From the NCBI RefSeq assembly GCF_009914755.1, contig NC_060925.1: DNA of 64,000 nt; one strand, 5' to 3'. Of this stretch, positions 13,640 through 28,700 are shown in pieces (the first letter of the stretch is position 1; each line of letters starts with the position of its first letter). The notes under the pieces are model-generated. The model was not told the DNA's origin and did not search any database. It saw only the letters and a program-made list of their open reading frames with translations. Origin of the DNA: the human T2T-CHM13v2.0 reference genome, Homo sapiens. A program made the position numbers and the translations under genes.

Positions 13640-16600
13640 ATCATAAAATGGAAACGAATGGAATCAACATCAAATGGAATCAAATGGAATCATTGAACGG
13701 AATTGAATGGAATCGTCATCGAATGAATTGAATGCAATCATCGAATGGTCTCGAATGGAATCATCTTCAAATGGAATGGAATGGAATCATCGCATAGCAT
13801 CGAATGAAATTATCATCGAATGGAATCGAATGGAATCAACACCAAACGGAAAAAAACGGAATTATCGAATGGAATCGAAGAGAATCATCGAATGGACCCG
13901 AATGGAATCATCTAATGGAATGGAATGGAATAATCCATGGACTCGAATGCAATCATCATCGCATGGAATCGAATGGAATCATCGAATGGACTCGAATGGA
14001 ATAATCATTGAACGGAATCGAATGGAATCATCATCGGATGGAAACGAATGGAATCATCATCGAATGGAATCGAATAGAATTATGGAATGAAATCCAGTGT
14101 GATCATCATCGAATGGACCCGAATGGAATCATCATCCAACGGAAGCTAATGGAATCAACATCGAATGAATCAAATGGAAACACCATCGAATTGAAACGAA
14201 TGGAATTACCATGAAATTGAAATGGATGGACTCATCATCAAATGGATTCGAATGGAATCATCGAATAAAATTGATTGAAATCATCATCGAATGGAATCGA
14301 ATGGTATCATTGAATGGAATCGAATGGAATCATCATCAGATGGAAATGAATGGAATCGTCATAGAATGGAATCGAATGGATTCATTGAATGGAATCAGAT
14401 GGAATCATTGAATGGACTGGAATGGAATCATTGAATGGACTCGAAAGGGATCATTATTGAATGGAATTGAATGGAATCATCGAATGGTCTCGATTGGAAT
14501 CATTACCAAATGGAATCGAATGGAATCACCGAATAGAATCGAATGGAACAATCATCGAATGGACTCAAATGGAATTATCCTCCAATGGAATCGAATGGAA
14601 TTATCGAATGCAATCGAATGGAATTATCGAATGCAATCGAATAGAATCATCGAATGGACTCGAATGGAATCATCGAATGGAATGGAATGGAACAGTCAAT
14701 GAACTCGAATGGAATCATCACTGAATGGAATCGAATGGAATCATCGAGTGGAATCGAATGGAATTATGATCAAATGGAATCGAATGTAATCATCATCAAA
14801 TGGAATCAAATATAACCATCATCAATTGGTATTGAATGGAATTGTCATCAAATGGAATTCAAAGGAATCATCATCAAATGGAACCGAATGGAATCCTCAT
14901 TGAATGGAAATGAAAGGGGTCATCATCTAATGGAATCGCATGGAATCATCATCAAATGGAATCGAATGGAATCATCATCAAATGGAATCTAATGGAATCA
15001 TTGAAAAGAATTGAATGGAATCGTCATCGAATGAATTGAATGCAATCATCGAATTGTCTCGAATGGAATCATCTTCTAATGGAAAGGAATGGAATCATCG
15101 CATAGAATCGAATGGAATTATCATCGAATGGAATCAAATGGTATCAACACCAAAGGGAAAAAAACGGAATTATCGAATGGAATCGAAGAGAATCTTCGAA
15201 CGGACCCGAATGGAATCATCTAATGGAATGGAATGGAATAATCCATGGACTCGAATGCAATCATCATCGAATGGAATCGAATGGAATCATCGAATGGACT
15301 CGAATGGAATAATCATTGAACGGAATCGAATGGAATCATCATCGGATGGAAACGAATGGAATCATCATCGAATGGAAATGAAAGGAGTCATCATCTAATG
15401 GAATTGCATGGAATCATCATAAAATGGAATCGAATGGAATCAACATCAAATGGAATCAAATGGAATCATTGAACGGAATTGAATGGAATCGTCATCGAAT
15501 GAATTGAATGCAATCATCGAATGGTCTCGAATGGAATCATCTTCAAATGGAATGGAATGGAATCATCGCATAGAATCGAATGGAATTATCATCGAATGGA
15601 ATCGAATGGAATCAACATCAATCGGAAAAAAACGGAATTATCGAATGCAATCGAAGAGAATCATCGAATGGACCCGAAAGGAATCATCTAATGGAATGGC
15701 ATGGAATAATCCATGGACTCGAATGCAATCATCATCGAATGGAATCGTATGGAATCATCGAATGGACTCGAATGGAATAATCATTGAACGGAGTCGAATG
15801 GAATCATCATCGGATGGAAATGAAAGGAGTCATCATCTAATGGAATTGCATGGAATCATCATAAAATGGAATCGAATGGAATCAACATCAAATGGAATCA
15901 AATGGAATCATTGAACGGAATTGAATGGAATCGTCATCGAATGAATTGAATGCAATCATCGAATGGTCTCGAATGCAATCATCTTCAAATGGAATGGAAT
16001 GGAATCATCGCATAGAATCGAATGGAATTATCATCGAATGGAATCGAATGGAATCAACATCAAACGGAAAAAAACGGAATTATCGAATGGAATCGAAGAG
16101 AATCATCGAATGGACCCGAATGGAATCATCTAATGGAATGGAATGGAATAATCCATGGACTCGAATGCAATCATCATCGAATGGAATCGAATGGAATCAT
16201 CGAATGGACTCGAATGGAATAATCATTGAACGGAATAGAATGGAATCATCATCGGATGGAAATGAATGGAATCGTCATAGAATGGAATCGAATAGAATTA
16301 TGGAATGAAATCCAGTGTGATCATCATCGAATGGACCCGAATGGAATCATCATCCAATGGAAGCTAATGGAATCAACATCGAATGAATCAAATGGAAACA
16401 CCATCGAATTGAAACGAATGGAATTACCATGAAATTGAAATGGATGGACTCATCATCAAATGGATTCGAATGGAATCATCGAATAAAATTGATTGAAATC
16501 ATCATCGAATGGAATCGAATGGTATCATTGAATGGAATCGAATGGAATCATCATCAGATGGAAATGAATGGAATCGTCATAGAATGGAATCGAATGGATT

Positions 16601-17690
16601 CATTGAATGGAATCAGATGGAATCATCGAATGGACTGGAATGGAATCATTGAATGGACTCGAAAGGGATCATGATTGAATGGAATTGAATGGAAGCATCG
16701 AATGGTCTCGATTGGAATCATTATCAAATGGAATCGAATGGAATCACCGAATAGAATCGAATGGAACAATCATCGAATGGACTCAAATGGAATTATCCTC
16801 AAATGGAATGGAATGGAATTATCGAATGCAATCGAATGGAATTATCGAATGCAATCGAATAGAATCATCGAATGGACTCGAATGGAATCATCGAATGGAA
16901 TGGAATAGAACAGTCAATGAACTCGAATGGAATCATCATTGAATGGAATCGAATGGAATCATCGAGTGGAATCGAATGGAATTATGATCAAATGGAATCG
17001 AATGTAATCATCATCAAATGGAATCAAAAATAACCATCATCAATTGGTATTGAATGGAATTGTCATCAAATGGAATTCAAAGGAATCATCATCAAATGGA
17101 ACCGAATGGAATCCTCATTGAATGGAAATGAAAGGGGTCATCATCTAATGGAATCGCATGGAATCATCATAAAATGGAATCGAATGGAATCATCATCAAA
17201 TTGAATCTAATGGAATCATTGAAAAGAATTGAATGGAATCATCATCGAATGAATTGAATGCAATCATCGATTGGTCTCGAATGGAATCATCTTCTAATGG
17301 AAAGGAATGGAATCATCGCATAGAATCGAATGGAATTATCATCGAATGGAATCGAATGGTATCAACACCAAACGGAAAAAAACGGAATTATCGAATGGAA
17401 TCGAAGAGAATCTTCGAACGGACCCGAATGGAATCATCTAATGGAGTGGAATGGAATAATCCATGGACTCGAATGCAATCATCATCGAATGGAATCGAAT
17501 GGAATCATCGAATGGACTCGAATGGAATAATCATTGAACGGAATCGAATGGAATCCTCATCGGATGGAAACGAATGGAATCATCATTGAATGGAAATGAA
17601 AGGAGTCATCATCTAATGGAATTGCATGGAATCATCATAAAAAGGAATCGAATGGAATCAACATCAAATGGAATCAAATGGAATCATTGA
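13640..17690 (+). repeat. ~4-kb near-identical duplicated block, copy 1 (copy 2 at +7520)
   Basis: Rare variants shared with 21160-25210: CATAGCATCG, CATTACCAAA, CAAATATAACC, CAAAGGGAAA, CAATCGGAAA, GGAGTCGAA, GGAGTGGAAT, CATAAAAAGG. Confidence 0.85.
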
Positions 17691-20600
17691 ACGGAATTGA
17701 ATGGAATCGTCATCGAATGAATTGAATGCAATCATCGAATGGTCTCCAATGGAATCATCTTCAAATGGAATGGAATGGAATCATCGCATAGAATCGAATG
17801 GAATTATCATCGAATGGAATCGAATGGAATCAACATCAAACGGAAAAAAACGGAATTATCGAATGGAATCGAAGAGAATCATCGAATGGACCCGAAAGGA
17901 ATCATCTAATGGAATGGCATGGAATAATCCATGGACTCGAATGCAATCATCATCGAATGGAATCGAATGGAATCATCGAATGGACTCGAATGGAATAATC
18001 ATTGAACGGAATCGAATGGAATCATCATCGGATGGAAATGAAAGGAGTCATCATCTAATGGAATTGCATGGAATCATCATAAAATGGAATCGAATGGAAT
18101 CAACATCAAATGGAATCAAATGGAATCATTGAACGGAATTGAATGGAATCGTCATCGAATGAATTGAATGCAATCATCGAATGGTCTCGAATGGAATCAT
18201 CTTCAAATGGAATGGAATGGAATCATCGCATAGAATCGAATGGAATTATCATCGAATGGAATCGAATGGAATCAACATCAAACGGAAAAAAACGGAATTA
18301 TCGAATGGAATCGAAGAGAATCATCGAATGGACCCGAATGGAATCATCTAATGGAATGGAATGGAATAATCCATGGACTCGAATGCAATCATCATCGAAT
18401 GGAATCGAATGGAATCATCGAATGGACTCGAATGGAATAATCATTGAACGGAATAGAATGGAATCATCATCGGATGGAAATGAATGGAATCGTCATCGAA
18501 TGGACTCGAATAGAATTATGGAATGAAATCCAGTGTGATCATCATCGAATGGACCCGAATGGAATCATCATCCAACGGAAGCTAATGGAATCAACATCGA
18601 ATGAATCAAATGGAAACACCATCGAATTGAAACGAATGGAATTACCATGAAATTGAAATGGATGGACTCATCATCGAATGGATTCGAATGGAATCATCGA
18701 ATAAAATTGGTTGAAATCATCATCGAATGGAATCGAATGGTATCATTGAATGGAATCGAATGGAATCATCATCAGATGGAAATGAATGGAATCGTCATAG
18801 AATGGAATCGAATGGATTCATTGAATGGAATCAGATGGAATCATCGAATGGACTGGAATGGAATCATTGAATGGACTCGAAAGGGATCATTATTGAATGG
18901 AATTGAATGGAATCATCGAATGGTCTCGATTGGAATCATTATCAAATGGAATCGAATGGAATCACCGAATAGAATCGAATGGAACAATCATCGAATGGAC
19001 TCAAATGGAATTATCCTCAAATGGAATGGAATGGAATTATCGAATGCAATCGAATGGAATTATCGAATGCAATCGAATAGAATCATCGAATGGACTCGAA
19101 TGGAATCATCGAATGGAATGGAATAGAACAGTCAATGAACTCGAATGGAATCATCATTGAATGGAATCGAATGGAATCATCGAGTGGAATCGAATGGAAT
19201 TATGATCAAATGGAATCGAATGTAATCATCATCAAATGGAATCAAAAATAACCATCATCAATTGGTATTGAATGGAATTGTCATCAAATGGAATTCAAAG
19301 GAATCATCATCAAATGGAACCGAATGGAATCCTCATTGAATGGAAATGAAAGGGGTCATCATCTAATGGAATCGCATGGAATCATCATCAAATGGAATCG
19401 AATGGAATCATCATCAAATTGAATCTAATGGAATCATTGAAAAGAATTGAATGGAATCATCATCGAATGAATTGAATGCAATCATCGATTGGTCTCGAAT
19501 GGAATCATCTTCTAATGGAAAGGAATGGAATCATCGCATAGAATCGAATGGAATTATCATCGAATGGAATCAAATGGTATCAACACCAAACGGAAAAAAA
19601 CGGAATTATCGAATGGAATCGAAGAGAATCTTCGAACGGACCCGAATGGAATCATCTAATGGAATGGAATGGAATAATCCATGGACTCGAATGCAATCAT
19701 CATCGAATGGAATCCAATGGAATCATCGAATGGACTCGAATGGAATAATCATTGAACGGAATCGAATGGAATCATCATCGGATGGAAACGAATGGAATCA
19801 TCATCGAATGGAAATGAAAGGAGTCATCATCTAATGGAATTGCATGGAATCATCATAAAATGGAATCGAATGGAATCAACATCAAATGGAATCAAATGGA
19901 ATCATTGAACGGAATTGAATGGAATCGTCATCGAATGAATTGAATGCAATCATCGAATGGTCTCGAATGGAATCATCTTCAAATGGAATGGAATGGAATC
20001 ATCGCATAGAATCGAATGGAATTATCATCGAATGGAATCGAATGGAATCAACATCAAACGGAAAAAAACGGAATTATCGAATGGAATCGAAGAGAATCAT
20101 CGAATGGACCCGAATGGAATCATCTAATGGAATGGAATGGAATAATCCATGGACTCGAATGCAGTCATCATCGAATGGAATCGAATGGAATCATCGAATG
20201 GACTCGAATGGAATAATCATTGAACGGAATCGAATGGAATCGTCATCGGATGGCAATGAATGGAATCATCATCGAATGGAATCGAATAGAATTATGGAAT
20301 GAAATCCAGTGTGATCATCATCGAATGGACCCGAATGGAATCATCATCCAACGGAAGCTAATGGAATCAACATCGAATGAATCAAATGGAAATACCATCG
20401 AATTGAAACGAATGGAATTACCATGAAATTGAAATGGATGGACTCATCATCGAATGGATTCGAATGGAATCATCGAATAAAATTGATTGAAATCATCATC
20501 GAATGGAATCGAATGGTATCATTGAATGGAATCGAATGGAATCATCATCAGATGGAAATGAATGGAATCGTCATAGAATGGAATCGAATGGATTCATTGA

Positions 20601-21159
20601 ATGGAATCAGATGGAATCATTGAATGGACTGGAATGGAATCATTGAATGGACTCGAAAGGGATCATTATTGAATGGAATTGAATGGAATCATCGAATGGT
20701 CTCGATTGGAATCATTATCAAATGGAATCGAATGGAATCACCGAATAGAATCGAATGGAACAATCATCGAATGGACTCAAATGGAATTATTCTCCAATGG
20801 AATCGAATGGAATTATCGAATGCAATCGAATGGAATTATCGAATGCAATCGAATAGAATCATCGAATGGACTCGAATGGAATCATCGAATGGAATGGAAT
20901 GGAACAGTCAATGAACTCGAATGGAATCATCACTGAATGGAATCGAATGGAATCATCGAGTGGAATCGAATGGAATTATGATCAAATGGAATCGAATGTA
21001 ATCATCATCAAATGGAATCAAAAATAACCATCATCAATTGGTATTGAATGGAATTGTCATCAAATGGAATTCAAAGGAATCATCATCAAATGGAACCGAA
21101 TGGAATCCTCATTGAATGGAAATGAAAGGGGTCATCATCTAATGGAATCGCATGGAATC

Positions 21160-24100
21160 ATCATAAAATGGAAACGAATGGAATCAACATCAAATGGAAT
21201 CAAATGGAATCATTGAACGGAATTGAATGGAATCGTCATCGAATGAATTGAATGCAATCATCGAATGGTCTCGAATGGAATCATCTTCAAATGGAATGGA
21301 ATGGAATCATCGCATAGCATCGAGTGAAATTATCATCGAATGGAATCGAATGGAATCAACACCAAACGGAAAAAAACGGAATTATCGAATGGAATCGAAG
21401 AGAATCATCGAATGGACCCGAATGGAATCATCTAATGGAATGGAATGGAATAATCCATGGACTCGAATGCAATCATCATCGCATGGAATCGAATGGAATC
21501 ATCGAATGGACTCGAATGGAATAATCATTGAACGGAATCGAATGGAATCATCATCGGATGGAAACGAATGGAATCATCATCGAATGGAATCGAATAGAAT
21601 TATGGAATGAAATCCAGTGTGATCATCATCGAATGGACCCGAATGGAATCATCATCCAACGGAAGCTAATGGAATCAACATCGAATGAATCAAATGGAAA
21701 CACCATCGAATTGAAACGAATGGAATTACCATGAAATTGAAATGGATGGACTCATCATCAAATGGATTCGAATGGAATCATCGAATAAAATTGATTGAAA
21801 TCATCATCGAATGGAATCGAATGGTATCATTGAATGGAATCGAATGGAATCATCATCAGATGGAAATGAATGGAATCGTCATAGAATGGAATCGAATGGA
21901 TTCATTGAATGGAATCAGATGGAATCATTGAATGGACTGGAATGGAATCATTGAATGGACTCGAAAGGGATCATTATTGAATGGAATTGAATGGAATCAT
22001 CGAATGGTCTCGATTGGAATCATTACCAAATGGAATCGAATGGAATCACCGAATAGAATCGAATGGAACAATCATCGAATGGACTCAAATGGAATTATCC
22101 TCCAATGGAATCGAATGGAATTATCGAATGCAATCGAATGGAATTATCGAATGCAATCGAATAGAATCATCGAATGGACTCGAATGGAATCATCGAATGG
22201 AATGGAATGGAACAGTCAATGAACTCGAATGGAATCATCACTGAATGGAATCGAATGGAATCATCGAGTGGAATCGAATGGAATTATGATCAAATGGAAT
22301 CGAATGTAATCATCATCAAATGGAATCAAATATAACCATCATCAATTGGTATTGAATGGAATTGTCATCAAATGGAATTCAAAGGAATCATCATCAAATG
22401 GAACCGAATGGAATCCTCATTGAATGGAAATGAAAGGGGTCATCATCTAATGGAATCGCATGGAATCATCATCAAATGGAATCGAATGGAATCATCATCA
22501 AATGGAATCTAATGGAATCATTGAAAAGAATTGAATGGAATCGTCATCGAATGAATTGAATGCAATCATCGAATGGTCTCGAATGGAATCATCTTCTAAT
22601 GGAAAGGAATGGAATCATCGCATAGAATCGAATGGAATTATCATCGAATGGAATCAAATGGTATCAACACCAAAGGGAAAAAAACGGAATTATCGAATGG
22701 AATCGAAGAGAATCTTCGAACGGACCCGAATGGAATCATCTAATGGAATGGAATGGAATAATCCATGGACTCGAATGCAATCATCATCGAATGGAATCGA
22801 ATGGAATCATCGAATGGACTCGAATGGAATAATCATTGAACGGAATCGAATGGAATCATCATCGGATGGAAACGAATGGAATCATCATCGAATGGAAATG
22901 AAAGGAGTCATCATCTAATGGAATTGCATGGAATCATCATAAAATGGAATCGAATGGAATCAACATCAAATGGAATCAAATGGAATCATTGAACGGAATT
23001 GAATGGAATCGTCATCGAATGAATTGAATGCAATCATCGAATGGTCTCGAATGGAATCATCTTCAAATGGAATGGAATGGAATCATCGCATAGAATCGAA
23101 TGGAATTATCATCGAATGGAATCGAATGGAATCAACATCAATCGGAAAAAAACGGAATTATCGAATGCAATCGAAGAGAATCATCGAATGGACCCGAAAG
23201 GAATCATCTAATGGAATGGCATGGAATAATCCATGGACTCGAATGCAATCATCATCGAATGGAATCGTATGGAATCATCGAATGGACTCGAATGGAATAA
23301 TCATTGAACGGAGTCGAATGGAATCATCATCGGATGGAAATGAAAGGAGTCATCATCTAATGGAATTGCATGGAATCATCATAAAATGGAATCGAATGGA
23401 ATCAACATCAAATGGAATCAAATGGAATCATTGAACGGAATTGAATGGAATCGTCATCGAATGAATTGAATGCAATCATCGAATGGTCTCGAATGCAATC
23501 ATCTTCAAATGGAATGGAATGGAATCATCGCATAGAATCGAATGGAATTATCATCGAATGGAATCGAATGGAATCAACATCAAACGGAAAAAAACGGAAT
23601 TATCGAATGGAATCGAAGAGAATCATCGAATGGACCCGAATGGAATCATCTAATGGAATGGAATGGAATAATCCATGGACTCGAATGCAATCATCATCGA
23701 ATGGAATCGAATGGAATCATCGAATGGACTCGAATGGAATAATCATTGAACGGAATAGAATGGAATCATCATCGGATGGAAATGAATGGAATCGTCATAG
23801 AATGGAATCGAATAGAATTATGGAATGAAATCCAGTGTGATCATCATCGAATGGACCCGAATGGAATCATCATCCAATGGAAGCTAATGGAATCAACATC
23901 GAATGAATCAAATGGAAACACCATCGAATTGAAACGAATGGAATTACCATGAAATTGAAATGGATGGACTCATCATCAAATGGATTCGAATGGAATCATC
24001 GAATAAAATTGATTGAAATCATCATCGAATGGAATCGAATGGTATCATTGAATGGAATCGAATGGAATCATCATCAGATGGAAATGAATGGAATCGTCAT

Positions 24101-25210
24101 AGAATGGAATCGAATGGATTCATTGAATGGAATCAGATGGAATCATCGAATGGACTGGAATGGAATCATTGAATGGACTCGAAAGGGATCATGATTGAAT
24201 GGAATTGAATGGAATCATCGAATGGTCTCGATTGGAATCATTATCAAATGGAATCGAATGGAATCACCGAATAGAATCGAATGGAACAATCATCGAATGG
24301 ACTCAAATGGAATTATCCTCAAATGGAATGGAATGGAATTATCGAATGCAATCGAATGGAATTATCGAATGCAATCGAATAGAATCATCGAATGGACTCG
24401 AATGGAATCATCGAATGGAATGGAATAGAACAGTCAATGAACTCGAATGGAATCATCATTGAATGGAATCGAATGGAATCATCGAGTGGAATCGAATGGA
24501 ATTATGATCAAATGGAATCGAATGTAATCATCATCAAATGGAATCAAAAATAACCATCATCAATTGGTATTGAATGGAATTGTCATCAAATGGAATTCAA
24601 AGGAATCATCATCAAATGGAACCGAATGGAATCCTCATTGAATGGAAATGAAAGGGGTCATCATCTAATGGAATCGCATGGAATCATCATAAAATGGAAT
24701 CGAATGGAATCATCATCAAATTGAATCTAATGGAATCATTGAAAAGAATTGAATGGAATCATCATCGAATGAATTGAATGCAATCATCGATTGGTCTCGA
24801 ATGGAATCATCTTCTAATGGAAAGGAATGGAATCATCGCATAGAATCGAATGGAATTATCATCGAATGGAATCGAATGGTATCAACACCAAACGGAAAAA
24901 AACGGAATTATCGAATGGAATCGAAGAGAATCTTCGAACGGACCCGAATGGAATCATCTAATGGAGTGGAATGGAATAATCCATGGACTCGAATGCAATC
25001 ATCATCGAATGGAATGGAATGGAATCATCGAATGGACTCGAATGGAATAATCATTGAACGGAATCGAATGGAATCCTCATCGGATGGAAACGAATGGAAT
25101 CATCATTGAATGGAAATGAAAGGAGTCATCATCTAATGGAATTGCATGGAATCATCATAAAAAGGAATCGAATGGAATCAACATCAAATGGAATCAAATG
25201 GAATCTTTGA
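21160..25210 (+). repeat. ~4-kb near-identical duplicated block, copy 2
   Basis: ORF-track anchors are offset by exactly 7520 (13707/21227, 14211/21731, 15483/23003, 16429/23949, 17233/24753) with essentially identical translations. Confidence 0.85.
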
Positions 25211-25724
25211 ACAGAATTGAATGGAATCGTCATCGAATGAATTGAATGCAATCATCGAATGGTCTCGAATGGAATCATCTTCAAATGGAATGGAATGGAA
25301 TCATCGCATAGAATCGAATGGAATTATCATCGAATGGAATCGAATGGAATCAACATCAAACGGAAAAAAACGGAATTATCGAATGGAATCGAAGAGAATC
25401 ATCGAAGGGACCCGAATGGAATCATCTAATGGAATGGAATGGAATAATCCATGGACTCGAATGCAATCATCATCGAAGGGAATCGAATGGAATCATCGAA
25501 TGGACTCGAATGGAATAATCATTGAACGGAATCGAATGGAATCATCATCGGATGGAAATGAATGGAATCATCATCGAATGGAATCGAATAGAATTATGGA
25601 ATGAAATCCAGTGTGATCATCATCGAATGGACCCGAATGGAATCATCATCCAACGGAAGCTAATGGAATCAACATCGAATGAATCAAATGGAAACACCAT
25701 CGAATTGAAACGAATGGAATTATC

Positions 25725-28700
25725 ATGAAATTGAAACGGATGGACTCATCATCGAATGGATTCGAATGGAATCATCGAATAAAATTGATTGAAATCATCA
25801 TCGAATGGAATCGAATGGTATCATTGAATGGAATCGAATGGAATCATCATCAGATGGAAATGAATGGAATCGTCATAGAATGGAATCGAATGGATTCATT
25901 GAATGGAATCAGATGGAATCATCGAATGGACTGGAATGGAATCATTGAATGGACACGAAAGAGATCATGATTGAATGGAATTGAATGGAATCATCGAATG
26001 GTCTCGATTGGAATCATTATCAAATGGAATCGAATGGAATCACCGAATAGAATCGAATGGAACAATCATCGAATGGACTCAAATGGAATTATCCTCAAAT
26101 GGAATGGAATGGAATTATCGAATGCAATCGAATGGAATTATCGAATGCAATCGAATAGAATCATTGAATGGACTCGAATGGAATAATCATTGAACGGAAT
26201 CGAATGGAATCATCATCGGTTGGAAACGAATGGAATCATCATCGAATGGAAATGAAAGGAGTCATCATCTAATGGAATTGCATGGAATCATCATCAAATG
26301 GAATCGAATGGAATCAACATCAAATGGAATCAAATGGAATCATTGAACGGAATTGAATGGAATCGTCATCGAATGAATTGAATGCAATCATCGAATGGTC
26401 TCGAATGGAATCATCTTCAAATGGAATGGAATGGAATCATCGCATAGAATCGAGTGGAATTATCATCGAATGGAGTCGAATGGAATCAACATCAAACGGA
26501 AAAAAACGGAATTATCGAATGGAATCGTAGAGAATCTTCGAACGGACCCGAATGGAATCACCTAATGGAATGGAATGGAATAATCTATGGACTCGAATGC
26601 AATCATCATCGAATGGAATCATCAAATGGACTCGAATGGAATAATCATTGAACGGAATCGAATGGAATCATCATCAGATGGAAATGAATGGAATCATCAT
26701 CGAATGGAATCGAATAGAATTATGGAATGAAATCCAGTGTGATCATCATCGAATGGACCCAAATGGAATCATCATCCAACGGAATCTAATGGAATCAACA
26801 TCGAATGAATCGAATGGAAACACCATCGAATTGAAACGAATGGAATTATCATGAAATTGAAATGGATGGACTCATCATCGAATGGATTCGAATGGAATCA
26901 TCGAATAAAATTGATTGAAATCATCATCAAATGGAATCGAATGGTATCATTGAATGGAATCGAATGGAATCATCATCAGATGGAAATGAATGGATTCGTC
27001 ATAGAATGGAATCGAATGGATTCATTGAATGGAATCAGATGGAATCATCGAATGGACTGGAATGGAATCATTGAATGGACTCGAAAGGGATCATTATTGA
27101 ATGGAATTGAATGGAATCATCGAATGGTCTCGATTGGAATCATTATCAAATGGAAACGAATGGAATCACCGAATAGAATCGAATGGAACAATCATCGAAT
27201 GGACTCAAATGGAATCATCCTCAAATGGAATGCAATGGAATTATCGAATGCAATCGAATAGAATCATCGAATGGACTCGAATGGAATCATCGAATGGAAT
27301 GGAATGGAACAGTCAATGAACTCGAATGGAATCATCATTGAATGGAATCGAATGGAATCATCGAGTGGAATCGAATGGAATTATGAACAAATGGAATCTA
27401 ATGTAATAATCATCAAATGGAATCAAAAATAACCATCATCAATTGGTATTGAATGGAATTGTCATCAAATGGAATTCAAAGGAATCATCATCAAATGGAA
27501 CCGAATGGAATCCTCATTGAATGGAAATGAAAGGGGTCATCATCTAATGGAATCGCATGGAATCATCATCAAATGGAATCGAATGGAATCATCATCAAAT
27601 GGAATCTGATGGAATCATTGAACAGAATTGAATGGAATCGTCATCGAATGAATTGAATGCAATCATCGAATGGTCTCGAATGGAATCATCTTCTAATGGA
27701 AAGGAATGGAATCATCGCATAGAATCGAATGGAATTAACATTGAATGGACTCGAATGGAATCAACATCAAACGGAATCAAGCGGAATTATCGAATGGAAT
27801 CGAAGAGAATCATCGAATGGACTCGAATGGAATAATCTAATGGAATTGAATGGAATAATCCACGGACTCGAATGCAATCATCATCGTATAGAATCGAATG
27901 GAATCATCGAATGGACTCGAATGGAATAATCATTGAACGGAATCGAATGGAATCATCATCGGATGGAAACGAATGGAATCATCATCGAATGGAAATGAAA
28001 GGAGTCATCATCTAATGGAATTGCATGGAATCATCATCAAATGGAATCGAATGGAATCAACAGCAAATGGAATCAAATGGAATCATTGAACGGAATTGAA
28101 TGGAATCGTCATCCAATGAATGAATGCAATCATCGAATGGTCTCGAATGCAATCATCTTCAAATGGAATGGAATGGAATCATCGCATAGAATCGAATGGA
28201 ATTATCATCGAATGGAATCGAATGGTATCAACATCAAACGGAAAAAAACGGAATTATCGAATGGAATCAAATAGAATCATCGAATGGACCCGAATGGAAT
28301 CATCTAATGGAATGGAATGGAATAATCCACGGACTCGAATGCAATCATCGTCGAATGGAATCGAATGGAATCATCGAATGGACTCGAATGGAATAATCAT
28401 TGAACAGAATCGAATGGAATCATCATCGGATGGAAACGAATGGAATCATCATCGAATGGAAATGAAAGGAGTCATCATCTAATGGAATTGCATGGAATCA
28501 TCATCAAATGGAATCGAATGGAATCAACATCAAATGGAATCAAATGGAATCATTGAACGGAATTGAATGGAATCGTCATCGAATGAATTGAATGCAATCA
28601 TCGAATGGTCTCGAGTGGAATCATCTTCAAATGGAATGGAATGGAATCATCGCATAGAATCGAATGGAATTATCATCGAATGGAATCGAATGGTATCAAC

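Larger units (their letters stand above)
67..25724 (+). repeat. Left domain: mixed 2218/1776/1308-bp units
   Basis: Anchor spacings 2216, 1776, 1776, 1307, 2218, 1776, 1767, 1308, 2218, 2218, 1776, 1308, 2218, 1776. Confidence 0.88.
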
